From a virus: a stretch of DNA of 64,000 nt. Shown one piece after another: positions 30,192 to 39,501 of this stretch. The translations under genes and the position numbers were made by a program. The notes under the pieces are model-generated. The model did not search any database and had not been told where the DNA came from. It saw nothing but the letters and a program-made list of their open reading frames with translations. The first letter of the stretch is position 1; each line of letters starts with the position of its first letter. Where the stretch lies: the IMG/VR virus record IMGVR_UViG_3300021594_000960, positions 1 to 64,000 of that record; one strand, 5' to 3'.

Positions 30192-30872
30192 ATGATTAAG
30201 AAAGAAATAAGAAAAAAACTTTTAGAGGAAAAAAAGAGAAAAGAATCACAACTTATTGAGAATAGAATAGTTGAAAATAGACTTTCTCTTGTTTTGGGCT
30301 CTAAAAACAATTTTATGTCTTTAGATGAAGAAAAAAGACTTAGGGTTATTTTCGAGTTTCTTAGTGAAGTTAGAAGTTTGAATGAACAAGGATTAGTTAA
30401 TGAACAATTCGGAGAGATTTTAGGAAAATTATTTGGGCAAGCTCCAAGTGGAATTACTCAAGCATTTGTTGAACCGTTGGTTGGTTCAATATTGGGATGG
30501 TTCGGATTAGGTGGTTACTTCAAAGATTTTGTAACATCTTTCATAGTTTCAGACCCAGCAAGATTAGCGAAGGCAACTAAAGATTGTAGAGAATTAACTA
30601 AATTAATTGCAGAATCATTAGCTGAGGCATTAGCAATAATGTTACAGACATCTCAAGGTCTTGATGGTAAGGGACATTCAATATTAAGAAACGTATTGGG
30701 CGGTGCAATCAAAGAAACTTCGTTCGTTTCTAATCTAGAGGAAAAATTATCCGATGGTGTTTGTAGTTTGTTTGATAAGTACTCGGGCAATGCCGAGAAT
30801 GTCTTAGATAAGATTAAAGGTAAAGGAAGTGATATTTTAGATAAAGGTAAAGAGCTGGTAGGAGCAACATAA
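30192..30872 (+). CDS. hypothetical (probable virion) protein
   Basis: 226 aa helical ORF. Confidence 0.7.
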   Translation: MIKKEIRKKLLEEKKRKESQLIENRIVENRLSLVLGSKNNFMSLDEEKRLRVIFEFLSEVRSLNEQGLVNEQFGEILGKLFGQAPSGITQAFVEPLVGSILGWFGLGGYFKDFVTSFIVSDPARLAKATKDCRELTKLIAESLAEALAIMLQTSQGLDGKGHSILRNVLGGAIKETSFVSNLEEKLSDGVCSLFDKYSGNAENVLDKIKGKGSDILDKGKELVGAT

Positions 30873-30930
30873 ACCTACATAAATCTAAAGAGCAAAAGGG
30901 GGTGTTCTAAGGTCTAAAAAAAAGAAGGGT

Positions 30931-31608
30931 TTAACCCTTCTTTTTTGTTTTAACAATGGTATCAATAATACCATATTCCAAAGCTTGTTCTGAATCTAAC
31001 CACAAATCCCTAGTAGCATCCTGTTTAACTTGTTCAGGGTCTTTCCCACAGTATTCTCCTAAAAGATTGAATAAAATATCATTCAACTTATGCCACTCTT
31101 TCATACTGATTTCAGCGTCTTGAATGTTGCCACCAAATCCACCTGATGATTGATGTAACATTGTCCTCGAAAATCTCAATGAGCTTCTTTTACCTTTGGT
31201 ACCTGCTCCTAATAGAATTGAACCCATAGAAGCAGCCATTCCTGTGTTTACTGTTATGATATCACATGATACATAATTCATAACATCTACCATTGAAAGT
31301 CCTGACTTTACAGAACCCCCTGGTGAATCAATATGCATCGTAATGTCTGTTTTTTCTGTGTTGTCCAAAAACATAAGTTGTGCTTGAACGATAGTGGACA
31401 TTCTATCGTCGACTCCACCTGCAACCCATATAATCCTGTCCCTCATTAAACGAGAAAAGATATCAATTTGCGTTGCTCTCATTTCTCTTTCTTCTAAAAT
31501 GTAAGGGGTCATCGATGATTGGATTTGCTGACCAAAATAATGAAGGTCTAATGAACCTTTTCCTAAATGTTTTGTGTAGTAAGATGAAAATTCTTTTCCG
31601 ATATCCAT
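30931..31608 (-). CDS. clpP: ATP-dependent Clp protease proteolytic subunit
   Basis: DIFSRLMRDRII, IDSPGGSV, GMAASMG (catalytic Ser), MLHQ, RDLWL. Confidence 0.95.
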   Translation of the reverse strand: MDIGKEFSSYYTKHLGKGSLDLHYFGQQIQSSMTPYILEEREMRATQIDIFSRLMRDRIIWVAGGVDDRMSTIVQAQLMFLDNTEKTDITMHIDSPGGSVKSGLSMVDVMNYVSCDIITVNTGMAASMGSILLGAGTKGKRSSLRFSRTMLHQSSGGFGGNIQDAEISMKEWHKLNDILFNLLGEYCGKDPEQVKQDATRDLWLDSEQALEYGIIDTIVKTKKKG

Positions 31609-31645
31609 AGTTTATATTGTTTGTAACAAAACTATGAAAAAAAAG

Positions 31646-32287
31646 TTACAAACCCAAAATATCGTTGGCGATTTCTTCTGATGAGAGATTTTTCCAAAGT
31701 CTCGGGTGTTGGTAAGACCATATTGTTTTCCAATATCCGAACCAAATCATCCCCTCTTTCCTTGGGTCAATTGTTTTCCAATCAGAACTATTTTTAGGGA
31801 ATCTACCTATCCTATAAGTTTTGTACGGTGATATATCTCTTGTTTGATATCTTGTGTCTGACTCAGAATCGACATCTTCAAATTTTGAGAATATTTGAAT
31901 TTTACAGTAATTTTTCCTTTTGTATTCTTTGATTTTTTTCAACCATAACTCGGCATCATCACGGTTTTCCGTTTCAATTATGAACCTCACAACTTGGTCA
32001 TAATCATTATACCTATGATTAAAAATCAATTTCAATCCATAAATTGGGTCAAACTTATAAATCCTCAACTCGAAATCCATGTAAAATTCTATGGGTATTC
32101 TGAATTCTTTATAAGGCCAATCACAATTACTTGTTACATGAAAGCTTTCTAACATGACTGGTTGATGGTCGTTATTTCGATACTCAACACATTCAACGAA
32201 ATAAGTTAAATCAGGTCCACCAACTCTAACTGTAATTCCATTGTTGAAATCAATTAAAATTTTCTCACTTCCTACTTGAAAAAACAT
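31646..32287 (-). CDS. hypothetical protein in the carbamoyltransferase operon
   Basis: 213 aa. Confidence 0.65.
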   Translation of the reverse strand: MFFQVGSEKILIDFNNGITVRVGGPDLTYFVECVEYRNNDHQPVMLESFHVTSNCDWPYKEFRIPIEFYMDFELRIYKFDPIYGLKLIFNHRYNDYDQVVRFIIETENRDDAELWLKKIKEYKRKNYCKIQIFSKFEDVDSESDTRYQTRDISPYKTYRIGRFPKNSSDWKTIDPRKEGMIWFGYWKTIWSYQHPRLWKNLSSEEIANDILGL

Positions 32288-33860
32288 ATTCTCCGATTAT
32301 AAGTTTATCTAATGTTCCGTCCATAAGTTTTGGAAATGCGTGGTCAGGATTATCAATTATTGGTTCATTGTGGGTATTGAATGACGTATTCAACAAAACA
32401 GGTATACCTGAAATTTTATGGTACTCATTCAGTATTTCCCAAAATAAAGAGTTATTTTCTTTCTTTACAAGCTGTGGCCTTGCAGTCTTATCCGATTTTT
32501 GAATTACTGCTGGAATTTTTTCAATCCATTCGTCTTTAGTTTGAAAACACAAAGTCATAAATTCAGACGTATATTTAGATTTTTTTTCTACGAAAATATC
32601 GTCAAAAAACTCCTCCATAACAATCGGTGCGAAAGGCATTGAATCATGTCTTTTGAGACGAGAATTAAGTTTTCTGTGTGTTTCATAATCAGTGGGTCTA
32701 ACCAAAATACTTCTTGCACCTAAAGCCCTTGGACCATATTCGAAACCATGTTGGAACCAACCGATAATTTCACCATTGTGTAATAATTTTGCAATTTCAG
32801 ATGGGTTGTATTTTTCGTATTGAACATGGTATTTTTCTGAAGATTCAATAATTTGTTTGTTTGAATATTTTTTACCAAAAAAAACATTTTTTAATTTAAA
32901 TGGTTTAGTGATTTCACCTAATTGGTGTGCTTTTATTATACACGCACCCAAGCTCAAACCCTCATCACCCATAGCGGGAAATATATAAATTTCCTCAACC
33001 CATGGAAGATTATTAATTTTTTGATTCAATTTAACATTTGCAAACAAACCACCTGAAAGACATAGTTTGGTATAATCAGGAAACCTATTGTGTAAGTCAT
33101 TGAAGAAATTTAACATTAAATCCTCAGTGATTTTTTGTAAATTATATGAAAACCTTTCGATTGATTTATTGTCTTGAAACCAACCTAATCTGTGCATTGT
33201 TTCAACTATAAATCTTGTTTTGTTACCAGTATCTATCGGAAAAAATCGTAAGTCTTTGTAATCAATTAAAGACTTTAGTATTCTATATATATTTTCGTCA
33301 TACTCCCCATCAGGAGCCATTCCCATTAGTTTACCTTCATCCTTACACATTTTCCAAACACTCTCACCTTCGTGGTCATATCCTTTGATTGTACTAACTG
33401 AAAACGCCCAAAGATGTGATAAACTACCTGTGCTGCACATATCATAGGAATATGCTAGAGTCATTTTTCCATCTTCACATAAGTAAACTTTCATTACTGA
33501 TTTGTCTCCACCACCGTCGTATGATATACTAAGAGCTTTACCTTCCATACCACTAGTAAAATAAGCACCATAACAATGTGCGTCGTGATGACTTACTCTA
33601 TCATAATTAAAATCCGTAAGTCTGTTAGCAAAAGCTTCGGTGACTGGCTCAACGAAAACCCTGTAATCGGCTTCTTTGATTTTTATACCTGAAATTTTTT
33701 CTACCTCCGCTGAACTTAATTGTGCCACACAATCGAAATTATCACCAGCTTTTTTTCTTGTAAGTCTTTCTTCTTCTATACAACAAATTATTTCGCCATC
33801 TTTAATAAAAGAAGCCGAAGGACTGTGTGAACCACCATAAAAACCAAATATTGTACTCAT
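32265..33860 (-). CDS. carbamoyltransferase (NodU/CmcH family)
   Basis: EEERLTRKK, HHDAH, EGKLMGMA, EYGPRALGARS, PVLLNTSFN. Confidence 0.93.
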   Translation of the reverse strand: MSTIFGFYGGSHSPSASFIKDGEIICCIEEERLTRKKAGDNFDCVAQLSSAEVEKISGIKIKEADYRVFVEPVTEAFANRLTDFNYDRVSHHDAHCYGAYFTSGMEGKALSISYDGGGDKSVMKVYLCEDGKMTLAYSYDMCSTGSLSHLWAFSVSTIKGYDHEGESVWKMCKDEGKLMGMAPDGEYDENIYRILKSLIDYKDLRFFPIDTGNKTRFIVETMHRLGWFQDNKSIERFSYNLQKITEDLMLNFFNDLHNRFPDYTKLCLSGGLFANVKLNQKINNLPWVEEIYIFPAMGDEGLSLGACIIKAHQLGEITKPFKLKNVFFGKKYSNKQIIESSEKYHVQYEKYNPSEIAKLLHNGEIIGWFQHGFEYGPRALGARSILVRPTDYETHRKLNSRLKRHDSMPFAPIVMEEFFDDIFVEKKSKYTSEFMTLCFQTKDEWIEKIPAVIQKSDKTARPQLVKKENNSLFWEILNEYHKISGIPVLLNTSFNTHNEPIIDNPDHAFPKLMDGTLDKLIIGEYVFSSRK

Positions 33861-33865
33861 CTAAA

Positions 33866-35536
33866 TTACCTCTTGATAAGAATATTTCCTATAACAAGAA
33901 AGTCCAATTTGCATCTGAACATAGAGTTAATCGCGTCTGTAGGAGACTCAACTATTGGCTCGTGGGGACCATTAAAACTTGTGTTCAAAAGAACAGGGAC
34001 TCCAGTCTTGTCGTAGAAATTTTTAATTAATTTATAAAATCTAGGGTTTGACTCTTCAGTCACTGACTGATGTCTAGCAGAATTGTCGATGTGTGTTACC
34101 GCAGGTATTTTACTTCTCCACTCCTCTTTAACTGTAGTTGTTACTAACATGTAAGGTGAATAAACATCTGATTCGAAAATCTCTGACTGATGTTCGAATA
34201 ATACAGCTGGTGCGAATGGCCTATACCACTCTCTTTTTTTGATATCGGAGTTGATATAACCCGTCATCCATGAGTTAATTGGTGATGCTAATATTGAACG
34301 GTTACCTAACGCTCTTGGACCTATCTCAGAGCCATTTTGGAACCATCCAATAACACGATTCTGTGATAATTGATGAGTGACTTCCGAAACCAATTCATCA
34401 AAATTTTCGTATCTAATGAACTCCAAATCAGGAAATTCATTTATAGACTTTGTTACTTCAGAATCTGAATATACTTTACCTAAGTAAGGAGACAATTTTT
34501 TTGTTTCTTTGATTGGACTTATTTGTTGATATCCGTACCAAGCACAACCTAAGGGGATTCCTGAGTCATCCGATGGAGGTAAAAAATAACAATCTTCATA
34601 GAGACCCGAGTTCAAAATCTGCTCATTAGAGTTACAATTAAGAAAAGAACCACCAGCAACACAAATGTTTTTTGACTCCGATAATTTCTTTCCAAGTTCT
34701 GCTAACATCACAGAAACTCTTTCTTGTTCTCTTTGATAAATTCCTGCAACACATGCTCTTGAAAAAAAGTCCGAGTCGTGTGTTACTCTTGGATATATCA
34801 AATTATTTGGGATAAATATATCTCCATCCTCCGTCCAAACATTGTAAAATGGCGCTTCTGCAACTATGTCCTTGTCGGCATAAGAAGCAAGTCCCATAAG
34901 TTTTCCTGCTGGCCAAGTATGACTTTGGGGTTCATAAATTAATTGAAGAGAACCCGTCGAATAAACGGTACCGACCGATACACATTCATTAGTATCAATT
35001 GGTACAGGGTATTTAATCCATTTTTTATAGACTTCCTTATATTCGGATTTTGTGAAATGATATATTGAAATACCTTCAGTCCACGCTTCATTATCTTTCA
35101 AACCCTCTCTTGTTTTTTCAGGATACCATTCAGATAGCCTATTTCTATCGTCTAATATACTTCCTGACGCATCTGCAACAACAACCACAGAGTCATCAAA
35201 GCCCGAGCTAAAAAATGTAGAATAAGCGTGCGCTAGATGATGAGGTAAGAATTCATGTTTTTGTGTTATATCGTATTTCAATTCTTTCTTGAATTTGAAA
35301 ACAACATCATCAATTTCTTCAGTTGTACTATACACCCAAAGGTCAATATCTTTGAATGTGAGAGAAGTGTTATCCAAACAATATCTGATTGACTCAACAG
35401 GAATTTCTCCTCCAACGTGTGCGCCGTCATGCTTTACCCTTGAAAGTCTTTCTTGGGTAATTCCGATAAGTATTTTTCCGTTTTCAATAATAACAGCTCC
35501 CTTGTCGTGACCGACAGAAAAACCTAAAACTCTCAT
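33866..35536 (-). CDS. carbamoyltransferase (NodU/CmcH family)
   Basis: QERLSRVKH, HHLAH, GKLMGLA, EIGPRALGNRS, PVLLNTSFN. Confidence 0.93.
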   Translation of the reverse strand: MRVLGFSVGHDKGAVIIENGKILIGITQERLSRVKHDGAHVGGEIPVESIRYCLDNTSLTFKDIDLWVYSTTEEIDDVVFKFKKELKYDITQKHEFLPHHLAHAYSTFFSSGFDDSVVVVADASGSILDDRNRLSEWYPEKTREGLKDNEAWTEGISIYHFTKSEYKEVYKKWIKYPVPIDTNECVSVGTVYSTGSLQLIYEPQSHTWPAGKLMGLASYADKDIVAEAPFYNVWTEDGDIFIPNNLIYPRVTHDSDFFSRACVAGIYQREQERVSVMLAELGKKLSESKNICVAGGSFLNCNSNEQILNSGLYEDCYFLPPSDDSGIPLGCAWYGYQQISPIKETKKLSPYLGKVYSDSEVTKSINEFPDLEFIRYENFDELVSEVTHQLSQNRVIGWFQNGSEIGPRALGNRSILASPINSWMTGYINSDIKKREWYRPFAPAVLFEHQSEIFESDVYSPYMLVTTTVKEEWRSKIPAVTHIDNSARHQSVTEESNPRFYKLIKNFYDKTGVPVLLNTSFNGPHEPIVESPTDAINSMFRCKLDFLVIGNILIKR

Positions 35537-35541
35537 GTAAA

Positions 35542-35811
35542 TTAGTTTTCTTCAGATGGTTGCTCAGTATTGGACATTCTTACAGCAGTACCCTCAACTA
35601 AGTCATCTTCGCATTTATATATGTGTACTTGGTCTTGATGTCTGAAAACAATTACCTTTTCAACATCAGAACCAACTTCAATACCTTTTTGGAGGTCTAC
35701 TACGATACCCTGACTATCTTCTAAGATGAGACTAAGAGCTCTCGCAAATATTAAGGATGCGTTTAATAAATCCTGTGGATTTTCGGTTGGGTTTGATTGA
35801 TTTTCTTCCAT
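35542..35811 (-). CDS. hypothetical protein
   Basis: 89 aa. Confidence 0.6.
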   Translation of the reverse strand: MEENQSNPTENPQDLLNASLIFARALSLILEDSQGIVVDLQKGIEVGSDVEKVIVFRHQDQVHIYKCEDDLVEGTAVRMSNTEQPSEEN

Positions 35812-35815
35812 ATTT

Positions 35816-36130
35816 TTATTCTGTTTCTTCTGAAATTATGTCTCCATATTGAGACGCGGCTTTTGGATTTCTTTCCATAAAAATCTGATATGCAATTTGA
35901 TATCTTCCAAGCTCGACTTGGCAAGGAAAGTTTTCTGCGTGAAGTGAATCTACTAAGTTTTGTAATGAATCTATTGTTTGAGATTTTGCAATATCTCCAC
36001 CACCCAAAACTTCAATAGGTGGTTTTTCACTCAAACTTTTATACTGTTGCATACGAATAAGTGCCCATAACAATACTAAAACTGTTATTGTGAAAGCAAT
36101 TCTTATTTTTTTCTCTGAGTCCATTTTCAT
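35816..36130 (-). CDS. single-TM hypothetical protein
   Basis: 104 aa. Confidence 0.6.
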   Translation of the reverse strand: MKMDSEKKIRIAFTITVLVLLWALIRMQQYKSLSEKPPIEVLGGGDIAKSQTIDSLQNLVDSLHAENFPCQVELGRYQIAYQIFMERNPKAASQYGDIISEETE

Positions 36131-36147
36131 AATTATAGATTGTTTTA

Positions 36148-36636
36148 TTAATAAATGAATGATTTTTGGAAGTCATCCCAAACTTTACTCACAATAACAT
36201 TTTCACCCACCAATGTCGGTGCAAAAGGTTTGTGTCTCATGGACATTCTTGCCTCCTCAGGGGTTCTATCGGCTTTTTTCAGATTACATTTGAAACAAGA
36301 AGTTACAAGGTTGTGCCAATCATTTTTACCACCACGAGACTTTGGGATTACGTGGTCTAAAGTTAGGTGTTTTGATGACCCACAATAAACACACTGATGG
36401 TTATCTCTTTTATAGATTCTATTTCTGTTTGCACGAAGGTTTCTTGTGAAATGTTTGATATATTTCAGTAGTCTGATGATGACTGGACGAACATAGGTTT
36501 TAAATCCAGCAACTATTGGGGAGTCATCTGACTTAACAATTTCAGCCTTTCCTTTATCAACCAAAACAAATCCTCGTCGAATAGTCGTCACATTCAACGG
36601 GGTGTAATCAAAATTCAATACTAATACATCTCCCAT
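36148..36636 (-). CDS. HNH endonuclease (McrA-like)
   Basis: VLVLN...RDNHQCVYCG...LTLDHVIPKSRGG...NLVTSCFKCN.KK. Confidence 0.9.
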   Translation of the reverse strand: MGDVLVLNFDYTPLNVTTIRRGFVLVDKGKAEIVKSDDSPIVAGFKTYVRPVIIRLLKYIKHFTRNLRANRNRIYKRDNHQCVYCGSSKHLTLDHVIPKSRGGKNDWHNLVTSCFKCNLKKADRTPEEARMSMRHKPFAPTLVGENVIVSKVWDDFQKSFIY

Positions 36637-36714
36637 AGGAATTTTTTTGCAAAGATAATTTATTTTATTTAAAAAACAAAAGGGGTCTAATGACCCCTTC
36701 GAATATACAATGCT

Positions 36715-36822
36715 TTAGCAATAGTTTATGGTTCGGGGTATCCTACGTTTCATCACCCAAAGGTTCTCATATGAACTTGAAGTTCCCAAAAGACACGTTA
36801 TTGTATTGTCTAAAATCATCAT
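36715..36822 (-). CDS. 35-aa small ORF (possible leader peptide) followed by a terminator at 36672-36700
   Basis: MMILDNTITCLLGTSSSYENLWVMKRRIPRTINYC after ATATTTAT; AAGGGGTC/GACCCCTT hairpin. Confidence 0.4.
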   Translation of the reverse strand: MMILDNTITCLLGTSSSYENLWVMKRRIPRTINYC

Positions 36823-36889
36823 GAAATAAATATCATAAATTTTTTTCTTAAATCAAACTTTTTTGTAACTTTGTTGAAACAAAAAAATT

Positions 36890-37162
36890 ATGCCAAACAT
36901 AGATTTAGATATAGAAGTATATGAGTTTGTCCGAGCTTGCTCTAAAAGAGACATCAAAGAATTGATTAAAGAGTTGGTAGATGAGGGACATCTTCCCAAA
37001 GACTTGTATTTTAAAAATGGTGAATTAAAAAAAGAAATGAATAGAAAACTCTCAAGTGAAATTGACTTTGAGGAAAAATTAGATAAACTTAAAACGAAAT
37101 ACTTTTCTTTGAATAAAGATGAAGAAGATTCTTTGGAAAAGATATTTAAGAAACATTTATAA
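36890..37162 (+). CDS. hypothetical protein
   Basis: 90 aa; TAACTTTG at 36866-36873. Confidence 0.65.
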   Translation: MPNIDLDIEVYEFVRACSKRDIKELIKELVDEGHLPKDLYFKNGELKKEMNRKLSSEIDFEEKLDKLKTKYFSLNKDEEDSLEKIFKKHL

Positions 37163-37184
37163 ACTGGTATATATTTATAGAAAT

Positions 37185-37280
37185 ATGAAAACTTTGAATC
37201 TAAATACGAGAACAAATGCGACAACACCGAATGGTGATGCAGGTGGATTATGCTTAGGTTCAGAGGCAAGTGGTTGGTAA
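37185..37280 (+). CDS. leader peptide 1 (MKTLNLNTRTNATTPNGDAGGLCLGSEASGW)
   Basis: 31-codon ORF directly before a terminator and the tRNA block; contains anti-terminator segment 37256-37263. Confidence 0.7.
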   Translation: MKTLNLNTRTNATTPNGDAGGLCLGSEASGW

Positions 37281-37336
37281 TTAAAAACAAAGCCAATAAA
37301 AAACCCTGAACCTTGAAAGTTCGGGGTTTTTTTTTT
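37256..37336 (+). promoter_or_regulatory. attenuator 1 (terminator / anti-terminator)
   Basis: terminator AAACCCTGAAC(37301-11)/GTTCGGGGTTT(37319-29) plus T10; AGGTTCAG(37256-63) is complementary to CTGAACCT(37306-13). Confidence 0.7.
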
Positions 37337-37342
37337 GAATAT

Positions 37343-37415
37343 AGAGTAGTTGACCAATAGGTAGGTCCCTTGCTTTGGGAGCAAGTGTGTGCAGGTTCGA
37401 CCCCTGTCTACTCTA
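37343..37415 (+). tRNA. tRNA-Pro(UGG)
   Basis: AGAGTAG/CTACTCT acceptor; CTTGC-TTTGGGA-GCAAG; GGTTCGA T-loop. Confidence 0.9.
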
Positions 37416-37429
37416 CTTAATTTTAAAAA

Positions 37430-37514
37430 TGCTTCGTTGCCGTAGTGGCCGAACGGTCCAGACTGTTAATCTGGTGTGTAAAAACCATCGTAGGTTCGAA
37501 TCCTACCGAAGCAG
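37430..37514 (+). tRNA. tRNA-Asn(GUU) with long variable region
   Basis: TGCTTCG/CGAAGCA acceptor; CCAGA-CTGTTAA-TCTGG; 15-nt variable region. Confidence 0.85.
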
Positions 37515-37561
37515 CTTTTTTTGAACTCAACAATACTTATAATTAACAACATTTGTTAATC

Positions 37562-38101
37562 ATGAGTAAGTATTGCGAAAAAATTTTAGAATTGAGGAAA
37601 AATGGAATGACGTACAAAGAAATTTCCAATGAATTGAATTGTGCGTTATCCACAGTCTCTTATCATTGTAAACTTCATAAATTGGGGGGCTCAGATGGTA
37701 GGTTGACCGAAGAAGAAAAAATGAGACTACAGAAACTTTATGACCAATTTGGTTCAATAAAAAAAGTATCTGAAATCACCAAAAATTCTTCGGAAACAAT
37801 TCTCAAGTATGTGAAAACAAAAAGGAAGAATAAAAAATTAACCGGTTCTGAATCTGTAATTTTATGGAGAAAAAGAACAAAATTGAAATTGATAGAGTAC
37901 AAGGGAGGAAAATGTGAGATTTGTGGTTATGATAGATGTGTGAGAGCTTTACAGTTTCATCATAAAAATCCTGAAACAAAAGATTTTTCTATTTCAGGAA
38001 AAAGTCATAGTTTTGTTAAACTGAAATCGGAAGTTGATAAATGTATATTAGTTTGCTCAAATTGCCATTCAGAAATACATGACGGAATGATTGAAATTTA
38101 G
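37562..38101 (+). CDS. HTH plus HNH endonuclease (homing-endonuclease-like) within the tRNA array
   Basis: N-terminal HTH (GMTYKEISNEL..ALSTVSYH); YKGGKCEICGY...LQFHH...KCILVCSNCHSEIH. Confidence 0.85.
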   Translation: MSKYCEKILELRKNGMTYKEISNELNCALSTVSYHCKLHKLGGSDGRLTEEEKMRLQKLYDQFGSIKKVSEITKNSSETILKYVKTKRKNKKLTGSESVILWRKRTKLKLIEYKGGKCEICGYDRCVRALQFHHKNPETKDFSISGKSHSFVKLKSEVDKCILVCSNCHSEIHDGMIEI

Positions 38102-38171
38102 GTCTTATAGTTAATCGGTATAATATCGGCTTGTCGCGCCGAGGTGCGGGGTTCGATTCCCCGTGGGACCG
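38101..38171 (+). tRNA. tRNA-Asp(GUC)
   Basis: GGTCTTA/TGGGACC; TCGGC-TTGTCGC-GCCGA. Confidence 0.9.
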
Positions 38172-38224
38172 CTGATAGGGTTTGTAGGTTGTAAAACACA
38201 TTATTGTGTACCCGTATTCAAATT

Positions 38225-38297
38225 GCCTCCTTAGCTCAGCAGGTAGAGCAACTGATTTGTAATCAGTAGGTCGTTGGTTCGATTCCGACAGGAGGCT
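38225..38297 (+). tRNA. tRNA-Thr(UGU)
   Basis: GCCTCCT/AGGAGGC; ACTGA-TTTGTAA-TCAGT. Confidence 0.95.
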
Positions 38298-38312
38298 CTA
38301 AAATTTTAATTT

Positions 38313-38546
38313 ATGCAAGTTTTTTGGACTTATTATTTGATTTGTTTTGCCTATTGTCTTTTCATGTCTGTTAGAAGATGGAATAGAGATGCAATGGCTG
38401 GTGGTCTTGGTATCTCACCTGGTTTGGATACTTTGGGACTTTTAATTATGTGTTGGATTTTAGCTCCTGTGGATATATTTCTCACATGGGTAAGAGTGTA
38501 TAAAGAAGCTGAAGAAGCAAGACGAAATAATACAAAAGTATTCTAA
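38313..38546 (+). CDS. small membrane protein
   Basis: two hydrophobic segments. Confidence 0.6.
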   Translation: MQVFWTYYLICFAYCLFMSVRRWNRDAMAGGLGISPGLDTLGLLIMCWILAPVDIFLTWVRVYKEAEEARRNNTKVF

Positions 38547-39148
38547 TGACGTACTCGGACGAATTGAAAGTTTGTTGGTATACACCACAAAGAACCGCCA
38601 CAAGGACAACACATGTTCTACTCAATGCCATGGGTTTTGTGGGTTTAGGAGCGCACTTTTTTAATTTTCCAGAATCAAAAAAAGATTATTTTTTAATTTC
38701 TAATATTAGAAATCCGTACACGAGAGTTGTTTCTTTGTTTTCTTTGTATTCGATTCATAAAAATGATTTCAATTTGAATTTTGAAAAATGGTGTGAATAT
38801 GCCCTAACAGATAAAAAGTTTGACGGTGATTATCAACTTAGGTATGAGAAAAAAATATTAAGTTTGAATAAAAAATTCGATAAGTTTATAAGAGTAGAAA
38901 AATTGGACGAAGATTTAAAATCTTTAGGTTTTATCAATTTTGAGGAACCAAAAATTCAAGATATTTGGAAAAATAACATCATGAATAATAGGTACACATA
39001 TGAATTCAAAAATATTGAAAATACCACAAGGACACATTGGTCTGATTTCTACACAGAAAAACTAGCTGACTTCGTTTACGAAAACTTAAAGGAACAATTT
39101 GATTTATTTGGTTACGAAAGAAACTCTTGGAAAAATGGCACATCCTAA
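38546..39148 (+). CDS. sulfotransferase family 2-like protein
   Basis: PQRTATRT (5'-PSB-like), IRNPYTRVVS (3'-PB), FDLFGY. Confidence 0.7.
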   Translation: MTYSDELKVCWYTPQRTATRTTHVLLNAMGFVGLGAHFFNFPESKKDYFLISNIRNPYTRVVSLFSLYSIHKNDFNLNFEKWCEYALTDKKFDGDYQLRYEKKILSLNKKFDKFIRVEKLDEDLKSLGFINFEEPKIQDIWKNNIMNNRYTYEFKNIENTTRTHWSDFYTEKLADFVYENLKEQFDLFGYERNSWKNGTS

Positions 39149-39488
39149 TTTACATGCAAAAAGTTCGGCAAAGAAGTTTGGAGGTAAACCCGAAGATTAT
39201 ATTCATCTACATGAATGGTTAGATGAAACCAAAGGTTGGTTTGGTGATTCTTTACATCGTATGTTTAGACACCATTCAGAAGGTATTTTCGAAATGGAAA
39301 AAAGGTTTGGAAAAGAGTTCAAAAACAGCGATGGTAAAACGGTTTATACTAGGTATGTTGGAGAACAACATGTGAAGGAGGATTGTAATAATTATATCCC
39401 ATCAGCCAAAGAATGGGTAAATAATATAACAAGTAACACACGACCAAGTTGGATGATTAAAACAATAAAATTAGAGTTTGAAGACTGA
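39135..39488 (+). CDS. DUF6915-like protein
   Basis: MAHPNLHAKSSAKKFGG...HRMFRHHSEGIF...GEQHVKED. Confidence 0.7.
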   Translation: MAHPNLHAKSSAKKFGGKPEDYIHLHEWLDETKGWFGDSLHRMFRHHSEGIFEMEKRFGKEFKNSDGKTVYTRYVGEQHVKEDCNNYIPSAKEWVNNITSNTRPSWMIKTIKLEFED

Positions 39489-39501
39489 TATTTATAACAT
39501 T

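Noticed and set aside
38172-38222. Possible degenerate tRNA between tRNA-Asp and tRNA-Thr
   Set aside because: Only a short ACACA/TGTGT hairpin; no T-loop or acceptor stem.
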